This document shows positions 1-12,660 of a DNA stretch of 64,000 bases, piece by piece. The stretch's first letter is position 1, and each line of letters begins with the position of its first letter. Origin of the DNA: Octopus vulgaris (lineage: Eukaryota). The position numbers and the translations under genes are program-made. Under the pieces are notes generated by a model. The model saw only the letters and a list, made by a program, of their open reading frames with translations, had not been told where the DNA came from and did not search any database. The stretch is from the NCBI GenBank assembly GCA_951406725.2, contig OX597831.1, positions 38,936,001 through 39,000,000 of the forward strand, written 5' to 3'.

Positions 1-1182
1 GTCATATATCTCGACTTCGCAAAGGCCTTCGATAAAGTCGATCATGGAATGATATGTCACAAACTGCGTGATCTTGGCATAGTTGGAAAACTAGGAGAAT
101 GGCTTCACGACTTTCTGAAGAATAGAAGTCAGGTGGTAGTAGCCAATGGGGCCACTTCCATTAGCACGCAAATAGTGAGCGGTGTTCCACAGGGCACTGT
201 TTTGGGACCACTACTGTTCATAATGGCCCTCTCAGACATGCCCTCAGCCACGCGGAGAGCCACGATCACAAGTTATGCAGATGATACAAAAGTTTCACAG
301 GCAATACAGAACCCTGAAGACACTAAGCACCTGCAATATGAGCTGGACGAAATATACAAGTGGGCTGAAAAGAATAGCATGCAGTTCAATGCTGAAAAGT
401 TTCAAGCTTTATACTATCAGCATGCAAAACTGAATGCAATACCCAAGGAATACACTGGACCCGGAGGGATTGCAATCCCAGAGGCACAATCAGTGCGTGA
501 CCTGGGTATTCACATGAGTGATGACGCGACCTTTCATGTACATGTTGCTAAACTGACAATGAAATGCAGACGGCTGGCTAGATGGATTCTTAGAACCTTT
601 AGAACAAGAGAACAAGAAACCATGATGGTCCTCTGGAAGACACTTGTCCTAAGCCACTTTGACTATTGCTCTCAGCTATGGTCACCATCCAGTGTCAAGT
701 TGATCACAGAACTTGAGGCGATCCAACGAAGCTACACGAAGATAGCCTCTATGCAGAATGTAAGCTACTGGGAAAGACTCAAGAGATTAAAATTATATTC
801 CCTGGAGCGTAGGCGGGAAAGATATGCCATAATATACATCTGGAAGATCCTGGAGGGAAGTGTCCTGAACTTTGGCATCGAGAGTTACGCAAATGCCAGA
901 ACTGGGCGTCACTGCGTGGTGCCTAGGACTCCAAACTTGCCATCAAGATGTAGGACAAGATTCTGTGATAGCCTGGGCTTCCGAGGCCCACAGCTCTTCA
1001 ATATCCTCCCGAAGAACCTGAGAGACCTGCATGGGGTGGATACAGATGTCTTTAAAATGGAGCTGGATCTCTTCCTGTCAGGTGTCCCAGATGAACCAAC
1101 TTCACGGCAGGAGGGGCAGATGAGGGCAGCTGCATCGAACTCTCTCATGCACCAAATAGCAGTTGCTAGAAAGCCTCCATGA
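1..1182 (+). CDS. C-terminal part of a non-LTR retrotransposon ORF2 reverse transcriptase (CR1/L2/Crack-like); extends off the left edge
   Basis: Frame is open from base 1: VIYLDFAKAFDKVDH...GVPQGTVLGPLLF...YADD...RDLGI...LEAIQR...YWERLKRLKLYSLERRRERY...VPDEP. These are the standard LINE RT motifs and C-terminus. Confidence 0.95.
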   Translation, partial: VIYLDFAKAFDKVDHGMICHKLRDLGIVGKLGEWLHDFLKNRSQVVVANGATSISTQIVSGVPQGTVLGPLLFIMALSDMPSATRRATITSYADDTKVSQAIQNPEDTKHLQYELDEIYKWAEKNSMQFNAEKFQALYYQHAKLNAIPKEYTGPGGIAIPEAQSVRDLGIHMSDDATFHVHVAKLTMKCRRLARWILRTFRTREQETMMVLWKTLVLSHFDYCSQLWSPSSVKLITELEAIQRSYTKIASMQNVSYWERLKRLKLYSLERRRERYAIIYIWKILEGSVLNFGIESYANARTGRHCVVPRTPNLPSRCRTRFCDSLGFRGPQLFNILPKNLRDLHGVDTDVFKMELDLFLSGVPDEPTSRQEGQMRAAASNSLMHQIAVARKPP

Positions 1183-1270
1183 AGTGAAACCAAGTAGCAA
1201 CACCAAATGGCGGTGCCCCAGCATGGCCGCAGCTCATAAGCTGAAACTAGAATCAATCAATCAATCAATC
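1..1270 (+). mobile_element. 3' end of a LINE: RT, short 3'UTR and (AATC)n tail
   Basis: The stop at 1182 is followed by GGCGGTGCCCCAGCATGGCCGCAGCTCATAAGCTGAAAC and (AATC)5 at 1251-1270. Confidence 0.92.
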
Positions 1271-1396
1271 ACATATAAATATATATATATATAAATATAT
1301 ATATACATATAAATATATATCTATATATATACATACAAATATATAAATATATATATATACATACAAATATATATATAAATATATATATACATACAA

Positions 1397-1442
<46 letters not shown>

Positions 1443-1501
1443 AATATATATATACAAATATTTATAAATATATATATACATACAAATATATATAAATATA
1501 T

Positions 1502-2175
1502 ACATGTGTATATTTAGGGCTAAAAACCACTATGTGGACAGACATATGCTAGAAATAGATCACATGCGATCAAACTACAAAGAAAATTGATATTAATTAA
1601 AGTAATATTCAATTTATCTCCCTCATTATTTAAATGTTAAAATAATTATGTTCTCCAATAGGCAACATTAACTACAGTACATTATTTCCTGCAGAATTTG
1701 TTTCCGGAATTTAGCGCGCCAGAACTCAGACATTTGAAATTAACACCAATGTAACCGGTAAAACTAAGCCCGTGTCTAGTTTTATACAGAAAACTGGTGG
1801 TTAGTTTTACAATTTATATTGTTTTTGGAACGATCGTACTGATGAATATACGGACGAAGGATTACGTAAGTAATTTATTTGGTAATAGACGAAATCGGTA
1901 TACGATTAATTCTTGATTTTTATATAATTTTCATCTGTCTTGCCCGCTTACGTTCTGGTGTTCGTTGAACTTTCTCTGGAGAACATTTTCTCTTTGTAGT
2001 TTGATCGTATGTGATCTACGTCTAGCATATGACTGTCCACATGGTGGTTTTTAGCCCTAAATAAACACGTATTAGAATTTTCTCTGATTTTTTTAGATTT
2101 TTATATGCTAGGCTACTGGTTTTAAATTGATATTAATTGAAGTAATATTCAATTTATCTCCCTCATTATTTAAAT
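1502..2175 (+). mobile_element. Non-coding Penelope-like unit with partial direct and inverted terminal repeats and a hammerhead motif
   Basis: 1502-1583 is an inverted copy of 1991-2072; 1584-1635 is a direct copy of 2124-2175; hammerhead at 1832-1907; flanked by (TA)n. Confidence 0.7.
1832..1907 (+). ncRNA. Minimal type-I hammerhead ribozyme motif
   Basis: Stem I GATCGTA/TACGATT; CTGATGA at 1839-1845; long imperfect stem II with ATTAC-GTAA-GTAAT apex; GAAATCGGTA at 1891-1900, with predicted cleavage after GUA. Confidence 0.7.
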
Positions 2176-2484
2176 ATATTTATATATATTTATATATATA
2201 TACATTTATATGTATGTGTGTGTGTGCGTGTGTGTATGAGTATATATATATATATAAGGAAAGTTTATGAGATGTAATGATGTTAATAATATCTAATGGT
2301 GTCAGGTACTGCTGAGTAAGTTCTATGAATAAACCATAGCTAAGCTGCAGATTCGGTGATTATGCGAATAAGGAGTCCAACGTAGGTCATATATCAGCAT
2401 GTGTATATATAAAATTATTTTTCTTTTCAGAATGAGATTAAAAAACCAAGGCTGTAAAGATGTTATAACATTTATAAATAGATT

Positions 2485-2532
2485 GTCTTGCAGTTGTTTC
2501 GAGAATTTTTATTATATCCCTTCATCGGAGAC
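2485..2532 (-). ncRNA. Degenerate hammerhead motif
   Basis: Minus strand reads GTCT-CCGATGA-AGGGA..TTCTC-GAAACAACTG-CA-AGAC. U4>C and a GCA triplet suggest it is inactive. Confidence 0.55.
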
Positions 2533-2605
2533 GGTGTGACAAAATTGTTAAGCAATAATTATTAACCATTTTCTCAGACCGATTCCGATGAAGGGATATA
2601 ATAAG

Positions 2606-2880
2606 CATCGGGCCTTGTGCCCAGGGTAGAAAATTATCTTTTATAAGGATGTTACTACTCTTTGTCTGTGTCTGACCCGCCATCACCGCTTGAGAACCGG
2701 TTGTCGTGTGTTTACATCCTCGTAACTTAGGGACTCGGCAGAAGAGGGCGATAGAATACGTACTAGGCTTAAACAAATAAGTTCTCGGGTCATTTCGTTC
2801 GGCAAAATATCTAAAAGTCCTTCAAGGCGGTGCTCCAGTATGGCCACTCAAATGGCTGAATCATGCAAAATAATAAAAGA
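2606..2880 (+). mobile_element. SINE family B, 5'-truncated
   Basis: Contains CGTAACTTAG..GATAGAATA.GTACTAGGCTT and ends GGCGGTGCTCCAGTATGGCC..GCTGAA. Confidence 0.75.
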
Positions 2881-3188
2881 ATATATATGGATATTTTAAT
2901 GAAATTTAAGAGAAAATAGAAAGCCAAGATGAACTACGTTTAAGGTTCAAAGGGGATTTTGCTACAATTTTAATGATATAGATTTTAAAAAGGGTGGCAT
3001 AGCCATAAATCTTAAAAGGAGAACGTAAAACTTTAAATAAAACACACAAACAATGTACTTACTTATAAATGCTTATGAGTGCACAGAGTTGCAACAAATA
3101 AGGAATAGATAGAAAAATATAACAAAATTACGTATAACTTGGTTAATAGGCTCTAGTGCAGATCTGATACCCTCGAGGTTAAATCACG

Positions 3189-3252
<64 letters not shown>

Positions 3253-3397
3253 AGACTCACAAAAAATTATCTACTTGTTTAAAAGAAGAATGTAGCATGC
3301 TCGGAAATGATATAATTGTTAAATAAATGCAAATATTTCAAAATATAACATAGGCTACATGAAAAATTATCGTGTACATTCTAACGCTGTATATATG

Positions 3398-3429
<32 letters not shown>

Positions 3430-3730
3430 CATATATACATATATATATATTTATATTTATCATACATGTACATCCTTCGGGCATTTTACATATACGTGTA
3501 TAAATGTGAACATTTATGCATTGCACGTATGCTTTGGATAATACACACACACACCGAACCATTAAAATAACGCGAGACGTGTGTGAGTGTGAAGTATGTT
3601 TTAATCTCATTCTGTCAGAGATTTTGATAAATCTGATAAAGTCAATTTCTTGGATGCACTTTGAACAGTGTCTATGACTCGTTGTCATGAGGGCGGATCC
3701 AGAACATAGAGATTGTACGGCGTGACATGT

Positions 3731-3900
3731 TCAAAACCGTGCTTTTCCCCATTGAGTGTTCAAGATGGACATATACCGTTGGTACATGGAGTTCATGAGG
3801 CGGTTCACAAAAGCCGTTCGCACTTGTGCCCACACCCTGAGGAAAGATGCCTCCAGTCCCGCATGAGTTGTCGGCCTTGGGACCACCTGGTCCAGATGTC
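3731..3900 (-). pseudogene. Tc1-type transposase C-terminal remnant
   Basis: PRPTTHAGLEASFLRVWAQVRTAFVNRLMNSMYQRYMSILNTQWGKARF fits the Tc1 C-terminal pattern W..i....i..Li.SM..R...vi...G..trY. Confidence 0.65.
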
Positions 3901-3952
3901 TCTGAGAATTTACACTTATATTAGTCACCGTATTTTAACTTTACAAATTCAA

Positions 3953-4340
3953 TATGGGTGCAGTTGTGGCAGTGTCGTGAGAAGTTTGCTTCCCAGCCAC
4001 TTGGATTCGGTTTCAGCCCCACTACCAGGCAACCCTCGGCGACTCACGGGAATTCCGGAGCATGGGATTCAGTTGGTCTTACACCTGAATCCTCATCGGC
4101 GAACGACGGGAATCCACGATGTATGAAAATGTCTACTCTCTAGCAGACCAAAGCCTTGTGAGTGGATTTGGTAGATGGAAACTGAACGAAGCCCATCGGA
4201 TATATGTATATACATGTGTGTGTCTGTGTGTGTGTTTTTGTCCACCGACTACCGGTTGAAAAATGGTGCCGGTATATTTGCATACCCGTAACTTAGACCG
4301 ATAGAATAAGCACCAGGCTTATAAAAAAAGTAAGTACTAC
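3953..4340 (+). mobile_element. SINE family B, degenerate, with an approximately 110-bp internal insert
   Basis: tRNA-like head plus GACCAAAGCCTTGTGAGTGGATTTGGTAGATGGAAACTGAA core; a foreign segment lies at about 4030-4140. Confidence 0.75.
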
Positions 4341-5718
4341 GGCAGTAGTAAGTACCTGTTTCATTATTTGTATTCAGTAACTATGCATATAGTCTTTTAC
4401 CAGTAAGTGCAAATAGTCATGTATATATTATAATTTTTACACTCATCTAATTTTCCGGCTCCAAATTGTGTCCCTCGTTTGTCATGCATTTCCTCTAATT
4501 CTAAGGAAGCTACATTACGCATTGCTATAATTTCTTACCAACTGAGGCCGGCGCCCCCACACATACACATACGTAAAAACGCATACATCCACGCGCACAC
4601 AAATACACACACACACACACCCACGGACACACAAACACACACCTAGGCACACAAATACACACACACACACTCATACAAACATGTACGTGTTTCTGTGTCG
4701 TTTTACCTCATGCCTAGAAACATGCAGAAATATGCTTTGTTGGTGTTCTATTAATGTTTCCATTGTATTTGAGCTGATATGTTTTTTGGGGGGTTTTTTT
4801 TTATCAAAGTATCATCTAGAAATTCAGAAGATCGATTTCGCTGAGTATTGTGTCCATAGCATTCTCTATAATTAACGTAAGAGCAGTGATGTATCAGATA
4901 CACGGCATAAAATTAGCGTCTTTTTTTTAGTATAAGCAGACGTATCGTCAGCAAAATTTCTGATACAAACCTATATATATTCTTTATAAGAATAACAGTT
5001 TTAGATGTTAGTGTGCTATTTGGCAAAACAACACCTTTTGTTTTGATTTATGCTTCTCGAGTCTTTTGTAATTTTGCGTGCTTATATTGAATCCAAGCGC
5101 ATTTGATTTGCGTATATAAAATTGCCACGGAAAACTGAAAAGCACTCTCGTTTTAGTTTTTATATTATACATTTGGTGTTTATTATTAAAATCTTGATTG
5201 GTGGATCGCCTTTTTGGAGAAAGTCACGAGTGTTGTTTTGTTATCCATTCTTTTTGGATTATTTAGCAATTTATTCGTTTACCGATGGTGGATACATAGG
5301 CAAATTTGATTTGTTATATTTTTTTCCCTCTCAAAACGTACCGAATATTCCAATAAGGAACTAGAGATAAGAGCATTTTGCACTTGTTTACGATTTTGTA
5401 TAAATATATGTATAGCAAATACTGCATGTATATATATATATCTGTAAATATAATATGTGACAACCTTTCTATCAATATATATGTATTCTGAAAGTAAACG
5501 CACTATACTCCACACATTGAATTCTATTAATGATGTGTGTGCGAGTGTATGTATGTATATTGGTACGTATGTATATGTGTGTGTGTGCATATTAGCACGT
5601 GTATATTTGTGTGTATATGTGTATGTATTTGTGTATATGTGAGTGGTATATATGTATATATATATATATATATGTCTATATGTATCTACCTCTCTCTCTT
5701 TGTCTCTGTATATGTGTC

Positions 5719-5777
<59 letters not shown>

Positions 5778-6085
5778 AAATCCATATTTCTATGCATACG
5801 TGACTGAAGAAGTGAATATTCAAATATAGAGATATCTGGAAACCGAACGTAAAGCACATCTGTATCTATAAATTATGTAACAATATCATAGTTACGTTAC
5901 ACAAACGATCATCCTGCTATATGTATTTCCTCATAATATTTTTGATTAAATAAATAATGAAAAGTTACCTGTAAACAAGATATTCTGATGCTTGACAACA
6001 TGTTTGGACGAATTCACCAGTTTACAATGGTTTGCCATGTTTGCTAAAATACCTGTATACACGAAGGTGTTATAAATATTCTCAT

Positions 6086-6256
6086 AGGCGTAGGAGTGAC
6101 TGCGTGAAAAATAGCTTGCTTACCAACTAGAAGGTTCTGGGTTCATTCCCACTGTGGGGCACCTTCGCCAAGTGTCTTCTACTATAGCCTCGGGCCGACA
6201 AAAGCCTTGTGAGTGGATTTGGTAGACAGAAACTGAAAGAAGTCCGTCGTACATAA

Positions 6257-6329
<73 letters not shown>

Positions 6330-6560
6330 TGTGTGCGTGTGTGTGTGTATGTTTGTGCGTCTGTGTTTGTCCCCTCCCCCCAACATCGCTTAACAATCGA
6401 TGGTGGTGTGTTTACGTCCCCATAACTTAGCGGTTCGGGAAAAGAGACCGATAGAATAAGTACTAGGCTTCCAAGGATTAGTCCTGGGGTCGATTTGCTC
6501 GACTAAAGGTGGTACTCCAGCATGACCGCAATAAAAGGACAGAAACAAGTAAAAGAGAAA
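6086..6560 (+). mobile_element. SINE family B, full length (tRNA head, internal TA/GT microsatellite, LINE-like tail)
   Basis: Collinear with the copies at 14960, 19241 and 62485; ends CCAGCATGACCGC..GAAACAAGTAAAAGAG. Confidence 0.9.
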
Positions 6561-7059
6561 AGAGAGAGAGCGAATCTGTACAGATATGGAGGTATACATA
6601 TTTGTATTTATATTTGCATGTATTTATGTATGCGTATGCGTATACGTGTCTGAATGTGAAAGTCTGTCTTGAACTTAGAGGATCATTATTGCTTTTGTCG
6701 GAGCTTATTGTGTTTGTCCTTTTAATTCATTACACGGGAAAATGAATTTACTAACAGAGGTGTACTGTTCAAGTGTCCACAAGTGGTAAAAGAAAAGTCG
6801 CAGTATCTGTAGTTGAAAATCCTTAAAATGAAAATTATGTTACTCGTGTAATCCTGTGAAACCGTGCATGAAATGAAGAATAAGAGGATGGAGTTCCGGC
6901 TTTTAAAACAAGTGCTTTATGGTACATTACGTTTATGAGATAGTATGACTTAGAACTTCGATAGAGATCTAAAACTACGCAAAATGTACTTGCCAACTTG
7001 GATTGTAAGATATTATAGTTTCAACAGTTTGTAGTCAGAAATCAGTAGAAGGAAATCAG

Positions 7060-7745
7060 AAAGCAGCAGACGGTAATCAACTACAAGTCATCGTGTATTA
7101 GAAACATGGGCGAAACGTTTCTTTTTGTCATGCCAGAGCATGGAACTATGAACGATAAAGGATAAAGCTCATCGGTGATGAGAACAACTGGCTGCTGGAA
7201 AAGTAGAATTATTTTAGTTCTTTCTTCTGTGGCTAATGGTACAATGTTAAAACCAATGATTGTTTTAAAGAGAAAACTCTACCACAGTAGATGTTTCATC
7301 CATGTGCATCCACAGATCAAAATTGATAAGATCAGATATAGAAAATGGATAAAGTGAGTTGAGAGTTTTCGACCCGGTGGTTTACGAAAGAGAATATATT
7401 TGCTTGTCTAGAACTGGTTTAAGGCACATTTAGTGAAAAACTTTACTGTTTACCTCCGACCACACAACGCCGACAGCTGTGATCCCTGACGGATTTGAAC
7501 ATCCTTAGAATCCATTAGGTGTTAACCACGAGAAGCCATTTAACGACATATGAGAATCAAGAGGAATAACTGAATGTATGATGGGGAAACGAATGAAGGA
7601 AGTATGCAAGCTCCATCATTGCCTCTTATCTGTGATTGAATTGTTGATCCAAGGAAGGAAATAAAGCCTGGCACTCCTGTCAAATCATTCATGAAATGTA
7701 GAAATTCAAATGAAATGGATAACAGAAAATGATTATCTACAAAAT
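7060..7745 (+). pseudogene. pogo/Tigger-like DDE_1 transposase remnant
   Basis: Broken frames give IRNMGET, MRTTGCWKSRIILVLSSVANGTMLKPMIVLKRK, FKAHL, TAVIP, KPF and VKSFMKCRNSNEMD. Confidence 0.75.
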
Positions 7746-9880
7746 AACATGAACGTCAAATGTTTGGTATGTTACTCCTCTATCGGGTCTCATACGAAAT
7801 ATTTTATTCATTCTTTGACAATCACCCCTCGTCTAGGCTGCAGATTTCTATATCAATCAGCCTTTTTTTTTTCTTTTACGTAAGCTCAAGCGCCTGATGC
7901 AGGAATTAAACACCAAATGCAGTGATCACATTAGTCAGGCTGTGTTTACGAACATTCTATTCATCGTTTCACCTCCCATTATCGTTCGATATATCTGAAA
8001 TATGTGTAGAATATCCATTTAAAATAGATCACCCAACTGCTTTATAAATAAATGCATATAATAATGTAGTTCAAAAGAAAATACCAAAATATTACTGAAT
8101 AAAAGACGCAAATATCACACCTGAAATGACTTTGATTAAAGATATGTTCCATTAATTCTGCTCTTAATCAACACTCATAGCAACGATGTTTTCAGATTTT
8201 TAAAAAGGCAAACACTACCAAATAACTTCTCTAAGAGAATTTATAGTTAAATCGATATCGGTGCTTGACTGGTATTCCATTACTATTTCGTGGTTTCTTT
8301 TATGGTTTTCAAGAATTTCGATTTAAAATCGTGTTGAAACCCATATTGTTCTATTTTCAGAGATTCATAACATTAACGCCTATAAGCATACTTACCGTTT
8401 TTTCTTTATCTATATATTTTTTTACCTAATCCAATATGTCTTTTTTTTTTCACAACATCACCTCAGATCTTATTCGTGTATAAACAATAAGTTCCATCAT
8501 TTATAATATCCATACTCATTCAAAAGACCGCTGAAATAATGGAGCAAAAACTGGTGGGGTGGCGCGAGAGTTATACAGAGAAACAACAAGCGGCGTGTGC
8601 AACTCTATTTAATAAAACCTGCAATTTTTGAGGGACACAGTTAAATAATCACACAAGACACGAACTTAGATTTTAATGATTTTAGTTAAAACTTAAAAGA
8701 TATTCTCACATTCACAGTCCGTCTTTTACAAGTTTATAAAAAGAGAGAAAAATACAAATTGTTTTCAGACTCTAAAGATAGATATTTCAATATTGTAATA
8801 TATTTTCAATTGTCCATGACGTTCATTTTGGGTTAACTAATATGTCTGCCATTTTTTTTTCTCATTCTCACTATAGAAAACTGTTTGTGTTATGAAGAAA
8901 ATATCAAATACAATATTCATTTGTATTTGTATTATTTCGTATTATGTTTCTTCTTATTTTATGGATAAAAAGTAAACAGTATCAAACAAATACTAGAAAA
9001 AATGTTAAGAACACTCGGTTAAATAATCATTTTCCTGACATGTCTAACATTACAAGTATACGTACACACGTACATGCGCATACATGTATATGTCTATATA
9101 TATACATATATATAAGTATACGTGTGTGTGCGTGTGTGTCTGTATGTATATATATATATATATATATATGCGTGTGTGTGTGTATACTCATACAGACACA
9201 AATGTGATAAATAGATATGTATCTGTTAAAATATATATATATCAAGCTATCGACAAATACATATGCATAAATACACATACACACACACACATACACACAT
9301 ACATATCTATATATATGTATATATACGCACATATAAATGCATGTGTGCACATGCGTCTTTGTATATCATATGTATATTATATGAATGTACCTAGGTATAT
9401 TTGTATGTAGATACAATTACAAACGAGCAACGCATATATACATGTATATGTGTGTGTGAGGTGTTTATGTATGTAAAAATATAAGCATCTATATACAGAT
9501 GTAGACGTGTATGTACATATGTATATACTATGCATGGATGTAAGCATGTACAAGATGAACATTGAAATAAACAAGTCTGTTATTTATACAATATCATATT
9601 TCTAACAAATATTCTGAACTAACCATCTTCCTCAATTCATTTTGTTCACGAAGATAAAAGAACCAGCAAATAACAGGTGTTTTACGCCGGTGTGCAAATA
9701 ATGTTTTCCTTTGCATCCATGTTATAATCTAACGCAGTATTATTTAATCTTATCATGTCAACACGGACAATTAGTTCAAAACTTTGGTAAGAAATATTTC
9801 CTCAATTCAGATTTTCTGAAATCGATTTTAATAGCTTCTCTTTTTTACTTACTCAATATATATCTTTATATATATTTATG

Positions 9881-9946
<66 letters not shown>

Positions 9947-10021
9947 TATATCTATGCTTATAAATTTCTATATATCTATACATATATATTTCTACTTTAT
10001 ATTTAAATATACATACATACA

Positions 10022-10057
<36 letters not shown>

Positions 10058-10765
10058 CACCACACACACACACAAACACATATATATATATATACATACA
10101 CACATATGTATATATATATATATATGCGAGTGTGTGTGTGTGTATGTGTGCGTGTGTGTATGTGTGTGTGTGTGTATACTTTAATATTTGTCCTAATGCA
10201 GCTCACAGCATGCTGAAAGTATTTTTACATGTTCGTGTGTGTATACAAGAATCATGTAGATGCAACTCGGAGATTAGGCAGTATACTCCATAATGTGTGT
10301 GTGTATGTGTGTGCGTGTGTGCGTGTGTGCGCGCGCAGTGTGCTTGCGTGCGAATGTGTGTATGTATTTATGTATGTGTATATGTATGCAGTTGAGTGTA
10401 AAACGATAGTAATGGAAATGAAACGCACACCACGTACTATATATACATACATTTGTATATGAAGATGTGTGTATGTATATAGTAAACTTGCTTTCAGTAC
10501 AGCTCTTAGCATAGATAAATATTTTTGTGTTTCTATGCTTTTGCCTCGAAATAATATGGCGTTAAACGTAAACCAACATAATATGCAGGACACATTTGTA
10601 GGGTTATGTTATGTTTGCGCCTATATGTAGTTGTGTCAGTTCTAGTGTGTATGTAGGGGGAAAAGGGTTCGTGTGTAAACAAATGATGCAATATGAAACA
10701 AGCAAAGATAGCTATGCGGTTATCTTTTCCTCTTTCTGTTGAAAATTTTGAAGTTTTATTTCATA

Positions 10766-12360
10766 CTAGCATTATGACCCGTCGTTGCCGGGTCATAGTG
10801 CTAGTGCATGTATATATGTGTATATATATGTGTACATATTACATGTATATCTATATCTACACATCTACACATAAAATACACAATACAAAGTTATATATTG
10901 ATATCGCTAGTGATAACAATACTCAAAATATATAACAGACTGGAATTGTAGGCCCGTCTCTTGCAATTTCGATCAATTGTATCTTGTCCTCCCTCTTGTA
11001 TAGAAGTGTGGCTACTATCCAGCCTACCACTACTTCTGGGGGGACATTTAAAATTTTTATCCGGGACGTCCTACGTCCCAGATATAAAGGTAAAAAAATA
11101 ATATTTCTACTTTGCAAGGTTCTAGTCGAGTACTACCTTGCACGCTCCGTTGACTCGAAACTTGCTTCTATTGTGGCGAATTTACCGCCTCTGGTTAGAT
11201 ATTTTTCATAGTCGCACCAAGACACTTTTCGATGGTGCTTTCCTCCATGTGTTCAAATCTTTTTTTTTTTCTCTGCATTGTATACTTTATAGACAATAGT
11301 ATTCTCTTTAATTTAATTTTTTATTTCTTTTAGTGGTGTTATACTAGATTCACCGTCTTTGTCGGTGATCAATCCCAAATAGGTTTGTATTTCTTCCATT
11401 TTAATTTTAATGAGTTCGCGCCCGCCGACGGCTGCAGCGAAATTCATTTTGGACTTTTCTTCAATCGAAGGCATTCAAACAAAAGTGCTTCTGTGTAAAC
11501 GGTAAAAATATTGTCAATTTCCCCAAACAGGGACACAAATCAATTTTAAACAATAACCAAAGCTCCTTCTTCAAAGGAGGAGGGTTACAGTTTACAATTA
11601 TTTAACAAATGCAACACAACAACGTTTCCCTTACGAGGAACCAACAAACGTGATAACAATAGCTAAACAGTAATAATAATAACAACAAACCTTACGGTGA
11701 ATCAAAAAGCAGTACGCAGTTGAAGCTATAGTTCTTTATGTATAAGAAATAAACCAACAGCAGTACTCAGTAGAAGCGGCTGTTCGAGAAAACAGACATT
11801 ACATACAACCAAACTTCATATAGATACTTAATGCTAGCTAATTAGCAGATAATCTAATGTAAAAGCCGTGGTAAAGTGTATTTGCACAGCTCCATCTGGA
11901 CTATTCCATTTCTGCACATTAATTTTATTTTTAATTTATTCCCATTCATGTGAAACCACTTATTCATGTTCGAGTCATTGATGCAATTTTATATCAATTG
12001 CTATTTTTAATTTTGTTATGTTACGATATAATTTAGTTTGATTTTAATTATTACTTACTGCATATAATTCAATTGTTATTATTATCTCTAATTTTTATTG
12101 TTAAAGTGAAAGTATCTGACATAAAATAGAGAAATGGTTTTGTTTCACTTTTAACACGTAATACTGAAATAGTGGAGAAGATATGATATTGCTATGGGCC
12201 CGCCCTAGGCAAGACGTTGAACATGTTTTTGCCCATGGAACTATATGGACCCTAAGTAAGGCATGTGTAAAATTTCAATGAAATTGGTTGTGTAGTTCTC
12301 AAGTTTTAGGGAAACACACAGACAGACAGACACACATTCTCAGTTTTATATGTATAGAGA
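10766..12360 (-). mobile_element. Non-autonomous Helitron (candidate boundaries)
   Basis: Minus strand starts A|TCTCTATACATATAAAACTG and ends with a hairpin plus CTAG|T. Its 5' part matches 49390-49660. Confidence 0.65.
10940..11450 (-). pseudogene. Retrotransposon ORF1 (gag-like) N-terminal fragment
   Basis: Broken frames read MNFAAAVGG, then YLTRGGKFATIEASFESTERAR*YSTRTLQSRNIIFLPLYLGRRTSRIKILNVPPEVVVGWIVATLL. It resembles RRM-type L1/Tx1 ORF1 (inference). Confidence 0.45.
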
Positions 12361-12468
12361 TAACTGGTGCAGCATTGTCGCTTTACTGCTACTTTACCAC
12401 CCTCCCCACACACAGTCACTCACACATATATATTACATATGCATATGTATGTAAATAGATATGCACGC

Positions 12469-12511
<43 letters not shown>

Positions 12512-12539
12512 AATATATATATGAATATATATCTGTATG

Positions 12540-12638
<99 letters not shown>

Positions 12639-12660
12639 TATATATATATATATATATATA

